Source: an uncultured Acidobacteriota bacterium
GTDB lineage: Bacteria; Acidobacteriota; UBA6911; RPQK01; CBDAPI01
NCBI GenBank assembly: GCA_964463145.1
Contig: CAYXBG010000001.1
Span: 1 to 54,267, forward strand
Direction of reading: 5' to 3'
Length of the DNA stretch: 54,267 bases
Shown here: positions 1 to 8,357 of the stretch, one piece after another
How positions within the stretch are numbered: position 1 is the stretch's first letter
How the letters are laid out: each line of letters begins with the position of its first letter
Program-made: the position numbers and the translations under genes
Notes under the pieces: generated by a model
The model's database searches: none
Seen by the model: only the letters and a program-made list of their open reading frames with translations
What the model was told of the DNA's origin: nothing

Positions 1-711
1 TATATTCACTACTTCGCACATCTCTAGGATACGCGAGTAAAGACGCTCTCCTATTCGTTCGGAGAGGGTGTGCCGGGCGGAGTTCCGGGCAGGGCCCATC
101 TCTGCCTTCAAAGGCAAATTAGTTGAGAACACCGTCAGCAGACGGTTTGTATAACGGTAATTGATTATCATATGGATCGTTTCTCTTACCCAGTCTGTTG
201 GGCGCCCTGTCCCCAAGTCATCCCAGACCAAAATCTCGGCTCGTCTCAAAGGTTGGAGAACATCCTGTTCGGTTTCGGCTGAATCTTTCCCATAGGTGTA
301 CTGCAAGCGTCGCAATAGCTCCGCTTCATCGACAAAGCGAGCAGTGACATTTTTTTCGGCAAGAATCCCCTTGATTATGGCAACAGATAAATGGGTTTTT
401 CCTACGCCACAGGAACCATGAAACAACATGCCCAACTCCACGTCCGGGAAGGCCTCTGTGAAATCAATAGCACTCAGCAACGCCTGTCCCTGGCTGGGAG
501 TGTGTTTTTCGAATGTCGCAAAACTCTGCTTGTGGTAACGACTGGGTATAGAAGCTCTCTGGAGTCTGCTTTCAGGTCGTAATTCACTTCGGCATTCGGA
601 GCATACTTCGACTCTCTCAACTTTTTCAAGTTGCACTATTACCCAACCAGTACCTCGGCAACTTCCACAGGATCTAACAGCCTGACGCACAGCCACCACT
701 CCCATCCACAT
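1..711 (-). CDS. DnaC/IstB-like AAA+ ATPase with N-terminal CxxC...CxxC zinc ribbon (3' end runs off the window)
   Basis: The minus strand is open from ATG 711-709 to position 1, in frame. It is absent from the ORF track because no stop lies in the window. My translation: MWMGVVAVRQAVRSCGSCRGTGWVIVQLEKVERVEVCSECRSE...FATFEKHTPSQGQ...MLFHGSCGVGKTHL (Walker A)...ILVWDDLG (Walker B)...ERIGERLYSRILEMC. Confidence 0.75.
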   Translation of the reverse strand, partial: MWMGVVAVRQAVRSCGSCRGTGWVIVQLEKVERVEVCSECRSELRPESRLQRASIPSRYHKQSFATFEKHTPSQGQALLSAIDFTEAFPDVELGMLFHGSCGVGKTHLSVAIIKGILAEKNVTARFVDEAELLRRLQYTYGKDSAETEQDVLQPLRRAEILVWDDLGTGRPTDWVRETIHMIINYRYTNRLLTVFSTNLPLKAEMGPARNSARHTLSERIGERLYSRILEMCEVVNI

Positions 712-973
712 CTATCAAACCGGAACTCCGGTACTGCTCAATCATGCCTATAACTCTTGGAATATCTACTCTGTGACGGAAGAGTTCTCGTCCATCCAGC
801 GTGGCCAAGGGTATATCCCAGCCATACAGACGCTCCAGTTCTCTCGAACTCTCTATGTCGATAATCTCAATTACAAATCCGAGTTCGTCCCCCAGATTCG
901 TCAGAACCCGTAGGCTTTCATCACAAAGGGAACAACCCGATCGAGTATAGAATTTTATTTGAACGCGATCCAT
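674..973 (-). CDS. glutaredoxin-like / thioredoxin-fold protein (DUF836-like), CSLC redox motif
   Basis: 99-aa ORF. The N-terminus IKFYTRSGCSLCDE is the typical beta1-CxxC-alpha1 of small glutaredoxin-like proteins. Confidence 0.7.
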   Translation of the reverse strand: MDRVQIKFYTRSGCSLCDESLRVLTNLGDELGFVIEIIDIESSRELERLYGWDIPLATLDGRELFRHRVDIPRVIGMIEQYRSSGLIDVDGSGGCASGC

Positions 974-993
974 GGTTGATTTAGAATTCTCTC

Positions 994-1557
994 ATGCCCA
1001 TAAACTCAAAGCTCTTTTTAATCCTGAGTTTACTATTCTATGGTTGCCAGGAAACAACCCCGGAAAATTCGCAAGAGGGTCCTTTGCAAACTGCAATCGC
1101 CGAAAAAGTCGTGCTAAAAGTTGGAGACACGGCTCCTGACTTCGAACTCACAGACCAGCATCGTGAAAGAGTACTCCTTAGTGACTTCCAGGGGGCTAAG
1201 AATGTTGTCTTAGCATTTTTCCCTCTGGCCTTTACCAGTGGGTGCCGGGCCGAACTTCAAAGTTATCAATCTGATATCAGCTTCTTCAACGAAAACAATA
1301 CTGTAGTGCTTGCAATTAGTGTGGATGCCCAGCCCAGCCAGAAAACATTCGCTGAAGAACTGGGTGCCCAGTACCAGTTTTTATCAGATTGGCCGGATAA
1401 AGAAGTGAGTCGTCGTTACGGGATCTTGTCAGAAAGAGGCTTTGCAGAGCGCCATACTTTTGTAATCGATAAACAAGGAATTATTCAACGGATCGATTCG
1501 GGGCGCGATGCAATAGACATTACTGGGGCCAAGTCAGCTTGCAGTGTTCTAAGCTGA
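994..1557 (+). CDS. peroxiredoxin (AhpC/TSA-Bcp type), probable lipoprotein
   Basis: PLAFTSGC fits the PxxxTxxC peroxidatic motif. The signal peptide ends in LFYGC. DFELTDQ...VVLAFFP is typical redoxin. Confidence 0.85.
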   Translation: MPINSKLFLILSLLFYGCQETTPENSQEGPLQTAIAEKVVLKVGDTAPDFELTDQHRERVLLSDFQGAKNVVLAFFPLAFTSGCRAELQSYQSDISFFNENNTVVLAISVDAQPSQKTFAEELGAQYQFLSDWPDKEVSRRYGILSERGFAERHTFVIDKQGIIQRIDSGRDAIDITGAKSACSVLS

Positions 1558-1670
1558 TTCCTTAGCCAATAGTATTCCCGAGGGACCTTGGCTCTTGATA
1601 TCTCTGTCCCATTGGTGGTTTGCACTTTTGAAAGGCTGAACCTTTGTAAAATCGCTCACCGAGAAAGGTA

Positions 1671-2096
1671 ATGACTATGGGCCGAAAATACAAACAGCAG
1701 GGCTATCAGGACCAGGATAAAAAAGAGAATCGAACCCATCCAGCAGGTTTCAGCAGCCATCGGGAAGGGCCCAGAGCTCCTAGGATGACAGCCTTTCACG
1801 GGGTTATGCGTTGCAACCCGTGCGGTCAGATCTTGCCACCCGATTTTGATCATATAGCTGCAGACTCAACTTGCACTGCTTGCAATGCAGAGCTTCATAC
1901 ATGCACGCATTGTTGTTTCTTCGACCCCTCTCAACGTTACGAGTGCACTCAGCCCTTGAAAAATCGCATCTCACCAAAAGACGTCGCTAATAACTGCGAA
2001 TTCTATTCTCCACGGACCACTGTAGAGAAAAAAATTACTTCAAATCCAGATCACGAAGATCCTAAAGCAGCTTTTGAGAGGCTTTTTAATTCATGA
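1671..2096 (+). CDS. Cys-rich (9 Cys) hypothetical protein with basic N-terminus, zinc-ribbon-like
   Basis: Cys pattern C-x2-C-x16-C-x2-C-x6-C-x2-CC-x9-C-x16-C. The stop overlaps the etfB start (ATGA at 2093-2096). GAGAAAGG lies upstream of the ATG. Confidence 0.6.
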   Translation: MTMGRKYKQQGYQDQDKKENRTHPAGFSSHREGPRAPRMTAFHGVMRCNPCGQILPPDFDHIAADSTCTACNAELHTCTHCCFFDPSQRYECTQPLKNRISPKDVANNCEFYSPRTTVEKKITSNPDHEDPKAAFERLFNS

Positions 2097-2875
2097 GGAT
2101 TCTTACCTGTCTACGTGAAGTCCCTGGACGAGAAACCCGATTCCGTATTAATCAGTTGGGCACCTGGATCGAGGATTCCGACATTACAGTAGAAATCAAT
2201 GAGTGCGATGAATACGCTTTGGAAGAAGCCCTTCGAATCAAGGAAACTCACGGAGGTGAGGTGACCGTTCTCAGTCTGGGCGCAGAAGGCATAACTAAAT
2301 CGATTCGCAAAGCACTGGCGATGGGGGCTGATCAGGCAATCCACATTCTCGATTCTCAGCAACGCGCCAATTCCCCCTACCTCGTAGCCGCCAGTATCGC
2401 TGCTGTTATTGCCGAAAATGAGTTCGATCTGATACTCACCGGGACACAATCCGATGACATGAGTTGGGCTCAAACAGGTGTAGTTCTTGCAGAAATGCTG
2501 AAACTACCGCATGCAACCATCGTCATGGAAATTAAGGCAGATCCCGAAACTGGAAATGTTAAAGCACTGCGTGAGATGGAAAGCGGCCGTTTTCAGTGGT
2601 TAGAATTACCGCTTCCTGCCCTACTAGCTGTACAAGCAGGGAGCTCTCAGGTTCGCTATGCATCCCTGAAGGGTATTATGCAGGCCAAAAAGAAGAAGAC
2701 CATTAAGATTGATATAGAGGAACTGCACATAGATTGGAATACATTACCCTCGACGGAGCTTCTGCGACTCTACGTGCCGGAGGCGAACTCAAATGCTGAA
2801 ATTCTAGAAGGGGAACCCTCGACTGTGGCTGCAACCCTTTTGGAGCGGCTGACTAAAGAAGCTAAGGTCTTTTGA
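2093..2875 (+). CDS. etfB: electron transfer flavoprotein beta subunit
   Basis: MRILTCLREVP...NECDEYALEEALRIKE...LTGTQSDD is typical EtfB. It is followed by etfA 4 nt later. Confidence 0.9.
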   Translation: MRILTCLREVPGRETRFRINQLGTWIEDSDITVEINECDEYALEEALRIKETHGGEVTVLSLGAEGITKSIRKALAMGADQAIHILDSQQRANSPYLVAASIAAVIAENEFDLILTGTQSDDMSWAQTGVVLAEMLKLPHATIVMEIKADPETGNVKALREMESGRFQWLELPLPALLAVQAGSSQVRYASLKGIMQAKKKKTIKIDIEELHIDWNTLPSTELLRLYVPEANSNAEILEGEPSTVAATLLERLTKEAKVF

Positions 2876-2879
2876 CAAA

Positions 2880-3866
2880 ATGACTGTGACTCAAAATATC
2901 TGTGTCCTCCTTGACCATGCTGATGCCACCGTTCGGCAGGGCTCCATCGAAACATTGGTTATGGCTCAACAGATGGCGCATGAGATTGGAGCCACAGTCG
3001 AGGCCTTGCTTTTATGCAGCAATCCAGATCCCTTGATCGAACAATTGCGGACAGTCGGAACTCATTCCACCACTCTATTGACCAACGCAGCATTTGATAA
3101 CTACGATCCAGATATCTATTGTTTGGCCTTGCAGTCATACCTCTCAAAGCACTCCCCTGGCATTCTTTTGATGGCGCATACCTACCAAAACATTGATTTC
3201 GCTCCCAAGCTTGCAACAAGGCTGCAAGTCGGCCTGGCAACAGATTGTATCGGCTTCCGATGGAGCGATGACGGCCTGATTCTTGTACGACCTATGTTTC
3301 GCAACAAATTACACGCGGACATAGCCCTACATTCGCCTCCGCCCATCATGGCGACAATCCAAGGCGGCGCTGCTGACGCCGATGATCTGCAACCAGGTGC
3401 TGGGGAAATTATAGTCAAGCCCTGCTCCCTAGATCCTGCCATTAAAAGGCGGCAGGAGCTGGAAACAATCGGAATCGAGAGAGGAAAAGTAGATCTGGGC
3501 AAGGCGGATATTGTCGTTGGTATTGGACGCGGCATCAAAAAGGCTGAAAATCTACCTATTATCCAGGAATTGGCAGATGCACTGGGCGCTGAAATCGGAG
3601 CTAGTCGACCAGTCGTCGACAACGACTGGTTAGAGAGAGAACGCCAAATAGGAAGTTCTGGTCAAAATATCACCCCACGACTTTACCTCGCTTGCGGAAT
3701 TTCGGGGGCTATACAACATACAGTCGGGATGAAAGGGGCCAACTGTATTGTGGCCATTAACACAGATGCGAATGCGCCTATTTTTAACGTGGCTCACTAC
3801 GGCATTGTTGGGGATTTGTTCGAGATCATCCCCGAATTGACGCGCCTCATCAAAGAACAAACCTAA
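2880..3866 (+). CDS. etfA: electron transfer flavoprotein alpha subunit
   Basis: C-terminal FAD-binding signature ASRPVVDNDW...QIGSSGQ...YLACGISGAIQHTVGM...IVAINTDANAPIF. Confidence 0.9.
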   Translation: MTVTQNICVLLDHADATVRQGSIETLVMAQQMAHEIGATVEALLLCSNPDPLIEQLRTVGTHSTTLLTNAAFDNYDPDIYCLALQSYLSKHSPGILLMAHTYQNIDFAPKLATRLQVGLATDCIGFRWSDDGLILVRPMFRNKLHADIALHSPPPIMATIQGGAADADDLQPGAGEIIVKPCSLDPAIKRRQELETIGIERGKVDLGKADIVVGIGRGIKKAENLPIIQELADALGAEIGASRPVVDNDWLERERQIGSSGQNITPRLYLACGISGAIQHTVGMKGANCIVAINTDANAPIFNVAHYGIVGDLFEIIPELTRLIKEQT

Positions 3867-4088
3867 ACTGATCGGCTCAAGTTCCATCTATTCCTATCCC
3901 CTCGAAACCCGACCTTAACCTTTCTTTCTGAAGAGTATTGCTATACTGAGACTTTTGCTGATGATAGCGAACTAAAACATTGGGTTGACCTCTCAAGCAA
4001 AACTCTTGGCTCTTTTAGCTATCAGGAACGAGGTTTCGTCATCAAAGCTTTAGTTCTTTCCAAACACGGAGGACTCGACAACGTACAT

Positions 4089-5075
4089 TTGGCATCGATG
4101 TCTTTACCCTCTCTTACTACCGGCCAAGTTCTCGTTCAAACTAAAGCTGCTGCTCTAAATCACCTGGACCTTTTCGTGATTCGAGGCCTGCCCGGAGCTG
4201 AACCTCCTTTACCTCACATTCTCGGCTCCGATGGCGCCGGCAAGGTAGCGAGGCTAGCAGAGGATGTCGACGGATTCAAAGTCGGAGATCGTGTCATGCT
4301 CAACCCCTCACTGTGGTGCGGGCAATGTGAACAATGTGCCCGCGGAGAGGAGAGTCTTTGTGATGATTTTCAGATTATAGGCGAACATCTACCGGGTACA
4401 TTTGCTGAGTATTTCGCCGTTCCTCACCAGAATCTTTGCAAGATTCCAAAGGCAGTAGGATACAAAGAGGCCGCAGGCTTTTCTCTAGTACATCTTACCT
4501 CTTGGAGATTATTGATGACGCGAGCCAAGCTGCAGAAAGGTGAAAGCATCTTAATACACGGTATCGGTGGAGGTGTGGCAACTGCAGCTCTGGGCATTGC
4601 AAAATTAGCCGGAGCAAACCCTATTATTGTGACCTCAAGCAGTGATTCTAAATTACAAAGTGCTCTAGGCCTGGGCGCAGATTACTGCTTGAACTACAAA
4701 AGCACTGACCTTATAAAAAAAGTCCGTCTTTTGACAGCAGGACGTGGAGTGGACGTAATTGTCGATTGTGTGGGCTCTGCTACCTGGTTGCAAAGCCTGA
4801 AAATGGCTGCCAAAGGCGGGAAAATTGTGACTTGTGGAGCTACGACAGGCCCAAACCCCGAAACCGAAATTCGTTTGATATTTTGGAAACAGCTCTCCAT
4901 TTTGGGCTCTACCATGGGCACTTCCGAGGAGTACCTAAAAGTTGTTTCTCATTTGTCTGAAGGGAAACTAGCCCCAGTAATTGCATCTGTTTTTCAGCTT
5001 GATCAAGGCCGCAAAGCATTACACTATCTCTCAAACAATCAACAGTTCGGAAAGGTCATTCTAGATATACCCTGA
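4089..5075 (+). CDS. zinc-type medium-chain dehydrogenase/reductase (MDR, quinone/enoyl reductase-like)
   Basis: Structural-Zn Cys cluster CGQCEQCARGEESLC. Rossmann motif IHGIGGGVATAA. The first canonical start is TTG 4089, but homology-like sequence continues upstream to 4041 (see finding). Confidence 0.85.
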   Translation: MASMSLPSLTTGQVLVQTKAAALNHLDLFVIRGLPGAEPPLPHILGSDGAGKVARLAEDVDGFKVGDRVMLNPSLWCGQCEQCARGEESLCDDFQIIGEHLPGTFAEYFAVPHQNLCKIPKAVGYKEAAGFSLVHLTSWRLLMTRAKLQKGESILIHGIGGGVATAALGIAKLAGANPIIVTSSSDSKLQSALGLGADYCLNYKSTDLIKKVRLLTAGRGVDVIVDCVGSATWLQSLKMAAKGGKIVTCGATTGPNPETEIRLIFWKQLSILGSTMGTSEEYLKVVSHLSEGKLAPVIASVFQLDQGRKALHYLSNNQQFGKVILDIP

Positions 5076-5141
5076 AAATCCATCACTTTTTATCCGTACC
5101 AATTACTGCCTAATGGCACCTCGATTGAAAGAATTCCACCT

Positions 5142-6287
5142 ATGTCCCTACCACTAACCCATCTCAACGACGAGGAACAACTGTTTAAGGAAAATGTTGC
5201 TTCATTCTGCCAAAGAAAACTTGCTCCTCATGTTGCAGAAATGGACGACAAGGGAAAGTTCCGAAAAGATATCCTGGAGGCCTTTTTTAAATTAGGTCTC
5301 ATGGGCATCGAAATCCCTGACAACTATGGGGGAAGTGGCACCAATTTCTTTATGTCCATTCTGGCAGTTGAAGAACTAAGTGCCGTAGATGCATCCGCAG
5401 GAGTTATCGTGGATGTTCAAAATACTCTCGTCAACAATGCCCTTCTTCGTTGGGGAACAGTTCAACAAAAGAATACCTATCTGCCTCGTCTTGCCTCCGA
5501 ATGGGTTGGGGCTTACGCCTTATCTGAAGCCAGCTCCGGGAGTGACGCTTTCTCTTTACAGACTCGAGCTGAATATGTGGGGGGAGCCTATAGATTAAAC
5601 GGTCGAAAATTGTGGATAACCAATGCCCATGAGGCTTCACTTTTCATTGTCTTCGCAACAGCAGATCCGACAGCAGGATATAAAGGCATCACCGCCTTTC
5701 TAGTTGAAAGAGGTACCGAAGGCTGTAGTGTAGGGAAAAAGGAAAATAAGCTAGGCATTCGGGCTTCGTCGACCTGCGAGGTAATCCTTGAAGATTGCAT
5801 CGTTCCAGAATCAAATCTCTTGGGGGATCCTGGCCGCGGCTACAAAATCGCTATCGAAACGCTAAACGAAGGGCGCATTGGGATCGGAGCACAGATGGTC
5901 GGTGTTGCCCACGGCGCTCTCCGGCTGGCCATTGCCTATGCCAAGGAACGCAAAGCCTTTGGCCAGCCTATTGGCTCCTTTCAGGGCGTTCAATTTCCAC
6001 TGGCCGATCTGGCGGCCCGCCTAGAAGCCGCAAGATTGCTAGTCTACAATGCTGCACGGCTACGAGAATCTGGACGACCTTTTGCCAAAGAAGCTGCAAT
6101 GGCAAAATATCTAAGTGCTGACGTGGCAGAAGCTATGACATCTCAGGCCATAGATACCTATGGGGGCTATGGCTATACCCCTGACTACCCAGTTGAGAAA
6201 TACTACCGCGATGCAAAAATCGGTAAAATTTACGAGGGGACCTCAAACATGCAGCTCATGACGATCGCAAAGGACTTACTATCTTAA
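5142..6287 (+). CDS. acyl-CoA dehydrogenase, short/branched-chain type
   Basis: ACAD signatures YALSEASSGSDA, WITN, and QGVQFPLAD...YEGTSNMQ at the C-terminus. Confidence 0.9.
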   Translation: MSLPLTHLNDEEQLFKENVASFCQRKLAPHVAEMDDKGKFRKDILEAFFKLGLMGIEIPDNYGGSGTNFFMSILAVEELSAVDASAGVIVDVQNTLVNNALLRWGTVQQKNTYLPRLASEWVGAYALSEASSGSDAFSLQTRAEYVGGAYRLNGRKLWITNAHEASLFIVFATADPTAGYKGITAFLVERGTEGCSVGKKENKLGIRASSTCEVILEDCIVPESNLLGDPGRGYKIAIETLNEGRIGIGAQMVGVAHGALRLAIAYAKERKAFGQPIGSFQGVQFPLADLAARLEAARLLVYNAARLRESGRPFAKEAAMAKYLSADVAEAMTSQAIDTYGGYGYTPDYPVEKYYRDAKIGKIYEGTSNMQLMTIAKDLLS

Positions 6288-6333
6288 GTAGTCCTCTTCC
6301 CTGAAGCTTCACAAGATCATATGAGACAACCTA

Positions 6334-6588
6334 CTACTCAGAACTGATACGAAGCTTTTTCAGGAAACTGCGGTCTTGACGTGTTAGCGAAAGGTTCCCC
6401 TGGGCCTCTTCTGAGGATTCCTCCACACAACGGTTGAATCCAAGCGTCGCCTCAATCATCAAAACGACATCGAAGCCATCGTCACGAATTTTTTCAATCG
6501 CCTCATTGAGCTTAGGTGAATCTGTAAGTACCTCATTAATAGCAATTTCCAGATTTTTTCGGTATTTTTTAAGCTGGTCCGCGCGCAT
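6334..6588 (-). CDS. hypothetical 84-aa protein
   Basis: The tracked ORF 6334..6843 overlaps the mutase start. The first start compatible with the intergenic space is ATG 6588-6586 (MRADQLKKYRKNLEIAINEV...), with AAGGA upstream. No family recognised. Confidence 0.4.
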   Translation of the reverse strand: MRADQLKKYRKNLEIAINEVLTDSPKLNEAIEKIRDDGFDVVLMIEATLGFNRCVEESSEEAQGNLSLTRQDRSFLKKLRISSE

Positions 6589-6687
6589 TTGAAGTGCGTC
6601 CTTTGCCTTTGTTAAGATTCCATTGGTTTGGGAAGGCTTTCGGCGGCAATCATAGCAGAATCGGAGACGAAGTAAAGCGAAGTCAGA

Positions 6688-8259
6688 ATGCCCAAAATCA
6701 ACAAAAAGAAGCCGCAGATTTTCTACGGGCCAGACGAGGGGCTTCCTGACTATAAGCGTGATTTGGGGGATCCCGGCCAGTTCCCCTACACGCGCGGCAT
6801 TCATCCAGGAATGTATGGGGATCGATTCTGGACGATGCGCCAATACGCAGGATTTGGAACTGCAGAAGAATCTAATAAACGCTACCGCTACCTGCTCTCC
6901 CAGGGGAGTACTGGCCTATCTATCGCGTTCGATTTACCTACTCAAATTGGCCTGGATTCAGACCACCCCTTATCCCGCGGAGAGGTGGGGAAGGTGGGTG
7001 TGGCTATAGACAGCCTCAAAGACATGGATGAACTGTTCGCCAACATCCCCATTTCAGATATATCTACTTCAATGACTATAAATTCTACGGCAGCCATAAT
7101 ATTAGCTCTCTACTTTGTAATGGCCCGCCAGAGAAATTGCCCCCTCAAACACCTGCAAGGAACAGTGCAAAATGATGTTCTGAAAGAGTATCTTGCCCGG
7201 GGGACCTTCATATTCCCCCCTGAACCCTCTTTAAGATTAACTACTGACGTGATGGCCTACTGCCATCAACATGCACCCAAATGGAACACAATTTCAATCA
7301 GTGGCTACCACATCCGCGAAGCTGGTTCAACGGCTGCTCAGGAAATCGCATTTACCTTAGCAAACGCGGAAACGTACCTGCAATCGGCTGTTAATAGGGG
7401 TATGGAAGTAGACGAATTCGCCCCTCGCTTTTCTTTTTTCTTCAATAGTCACTGTGATCTATTTGAAGAAGTGGCCAAATTCCGAGCAGCGCGACGTGTG
7501 TGGAGTACCCTCGTGCGGGAAGATTTCAAAGCATCTGACCCAAGGTCTTGGAAGATGCGTATCCATACCCAGACTGCGGGGAGTAGCCTGACCTCGGATC
7601 AGCCAAATAATAATATCGTACGGGTGGCCTATCAGGCCTTAGCAGCAGTCCTGGGTGGCACACAATCACTGCATACCAATGCGTACGACGAGGCTCTGTC
7701 CTTGCCAACAAAGGAATCGGCGGGTACAGCGCTTAGGACTCAGCAGATTCTTGCTCATGAAACCAGAGTCACTCAGGTGGCTGATCCACTAGGTGGGAGC
7801 TGGTATCTGGAAAGTCTAACGCAGAGACTGGAAGAAGAAAGCCTTGAGTACTTGAAGACTATTCGAGAAATGGGAGGGGTTCTGGCCTGCATTGAAAATG
7901 GGTTCATTAAAAAGGAGATCCAGGATGCTGCCTACACTGAACAGCAAAGGATGGAAACTGGTGACAAGACTATTGTCGGAATAAATCGATATCAAGCAGA
8001 TACGAGTGAACCGATTGAAATACACCGACCGGATCCTGAGATCGAGAACCACCAAACAGAGAGGCTGGATCATGTTCGTAATAATCGCGACCAAAGCAAA
8101 GTGTCGCAATGCCTGGATCGGATTCGTTGCGTTGCGGCCTCATCAGACAACCTTATGGATCCCATAATAGAAGCGATGGAAAGTCTGGCTACCGTTGGAG
8201 AGGTATCAAATGCACTCCGGGATGTTTTTGGGGAGCACTTGGATACCACTTCTCTCTAG
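6688..8259 (+). CDS. methylmalonyl-CoA mutase family, catalytic (large/N-terminal) subunit without B12-binding domain
   Basis: FPYTRGIHPGMYGDRFWTMRQYAGFGTAEESNKRYRYLL...GLSIAFDLPTQ...GTVQNDVLKEYLARGTFIFPP is the classic acyl-CoA mutase TIM-barrel domain. At 523 aa it lacks the C-terminal cobalamin domain. Confidence 0.9.
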   Translation: MPKINKKKPQIFYGPDEGLPDYKRDLGDPGQFPYTRGIHPGMYGDRFWTMRQYAGFGTAEESNKRYRYLLSQGSTGLSIAFDLPTQIGLDSDHPLSRGEVGKVGVAIDSLKDMDELFANIPISDISTSMTINSTAAIILALYFVMARQRNCPLKHLQGTVQNDVLKEYLARGTFIFPPEPSLRLTTDVMAYCHQHAPKWNTISISGYHIREAGSTAAQEIAFTLANAETYLQSAVNRGMEVDEFAPRFSFFFNSHCDLFEEVAKFRAARRVWSTLVREDFKASDPRSWKMRIHTQTAGSSLTSDQPNNNIVRVAYQALAAVLGGTQSLHTNAYDEALSLPTKESAGTALRTQQILAHETRVTQVADPLGGSWYLESLTQRLEEESLEYLKTIREMGGVLACIENGFIKKEIQDAAYTEQQRMETGDKTIVGINRYQADTSEPIEIHRPDPEIENHQTERLDHVRNNRDQSKVSQCLDRIRCVAASSDNLMDPIIEAMESLATVGEVSNALRDVFGEHLDTTSL

Positions 8260-8357
8260 ATTCCTTGTAGTTCACTACTCCTCTCAAATCACCGATCTCG
8301 GATTTTTCTCTGCTGAACCCGAGGGCTCGGAGGAAGTCAAATGGCGTCAGCCGAGGA

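Noticed and set aside
1-711. IS21-type IstB helper and hence a mobile element at the left edge.
   Set aside because: No IstA or inverted repeats are visible. The gene is translationally overlapped with a chromosomal glutaredoxin-like gene, and the ERIGERLYSRILEMC ending fits chromosomal DnaC-like proteins. This cannot be fully excluded until the contig is extended.
3182-3622. Long antisense ORFs inside well-supported genes. Examples are 3182..3622, 14520..14981, 15172..15588, 32366..32767, 33027..33428, 37986..38396, 46794..47219 and 48028..48489.
   Set aside because: Each lies fully within a gene with clear family motifs on the other strand. Their translations are low-complexity (Arg/Ser/Pro-rich) with no motifs. 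This is typical of frame-shadow ORFs.
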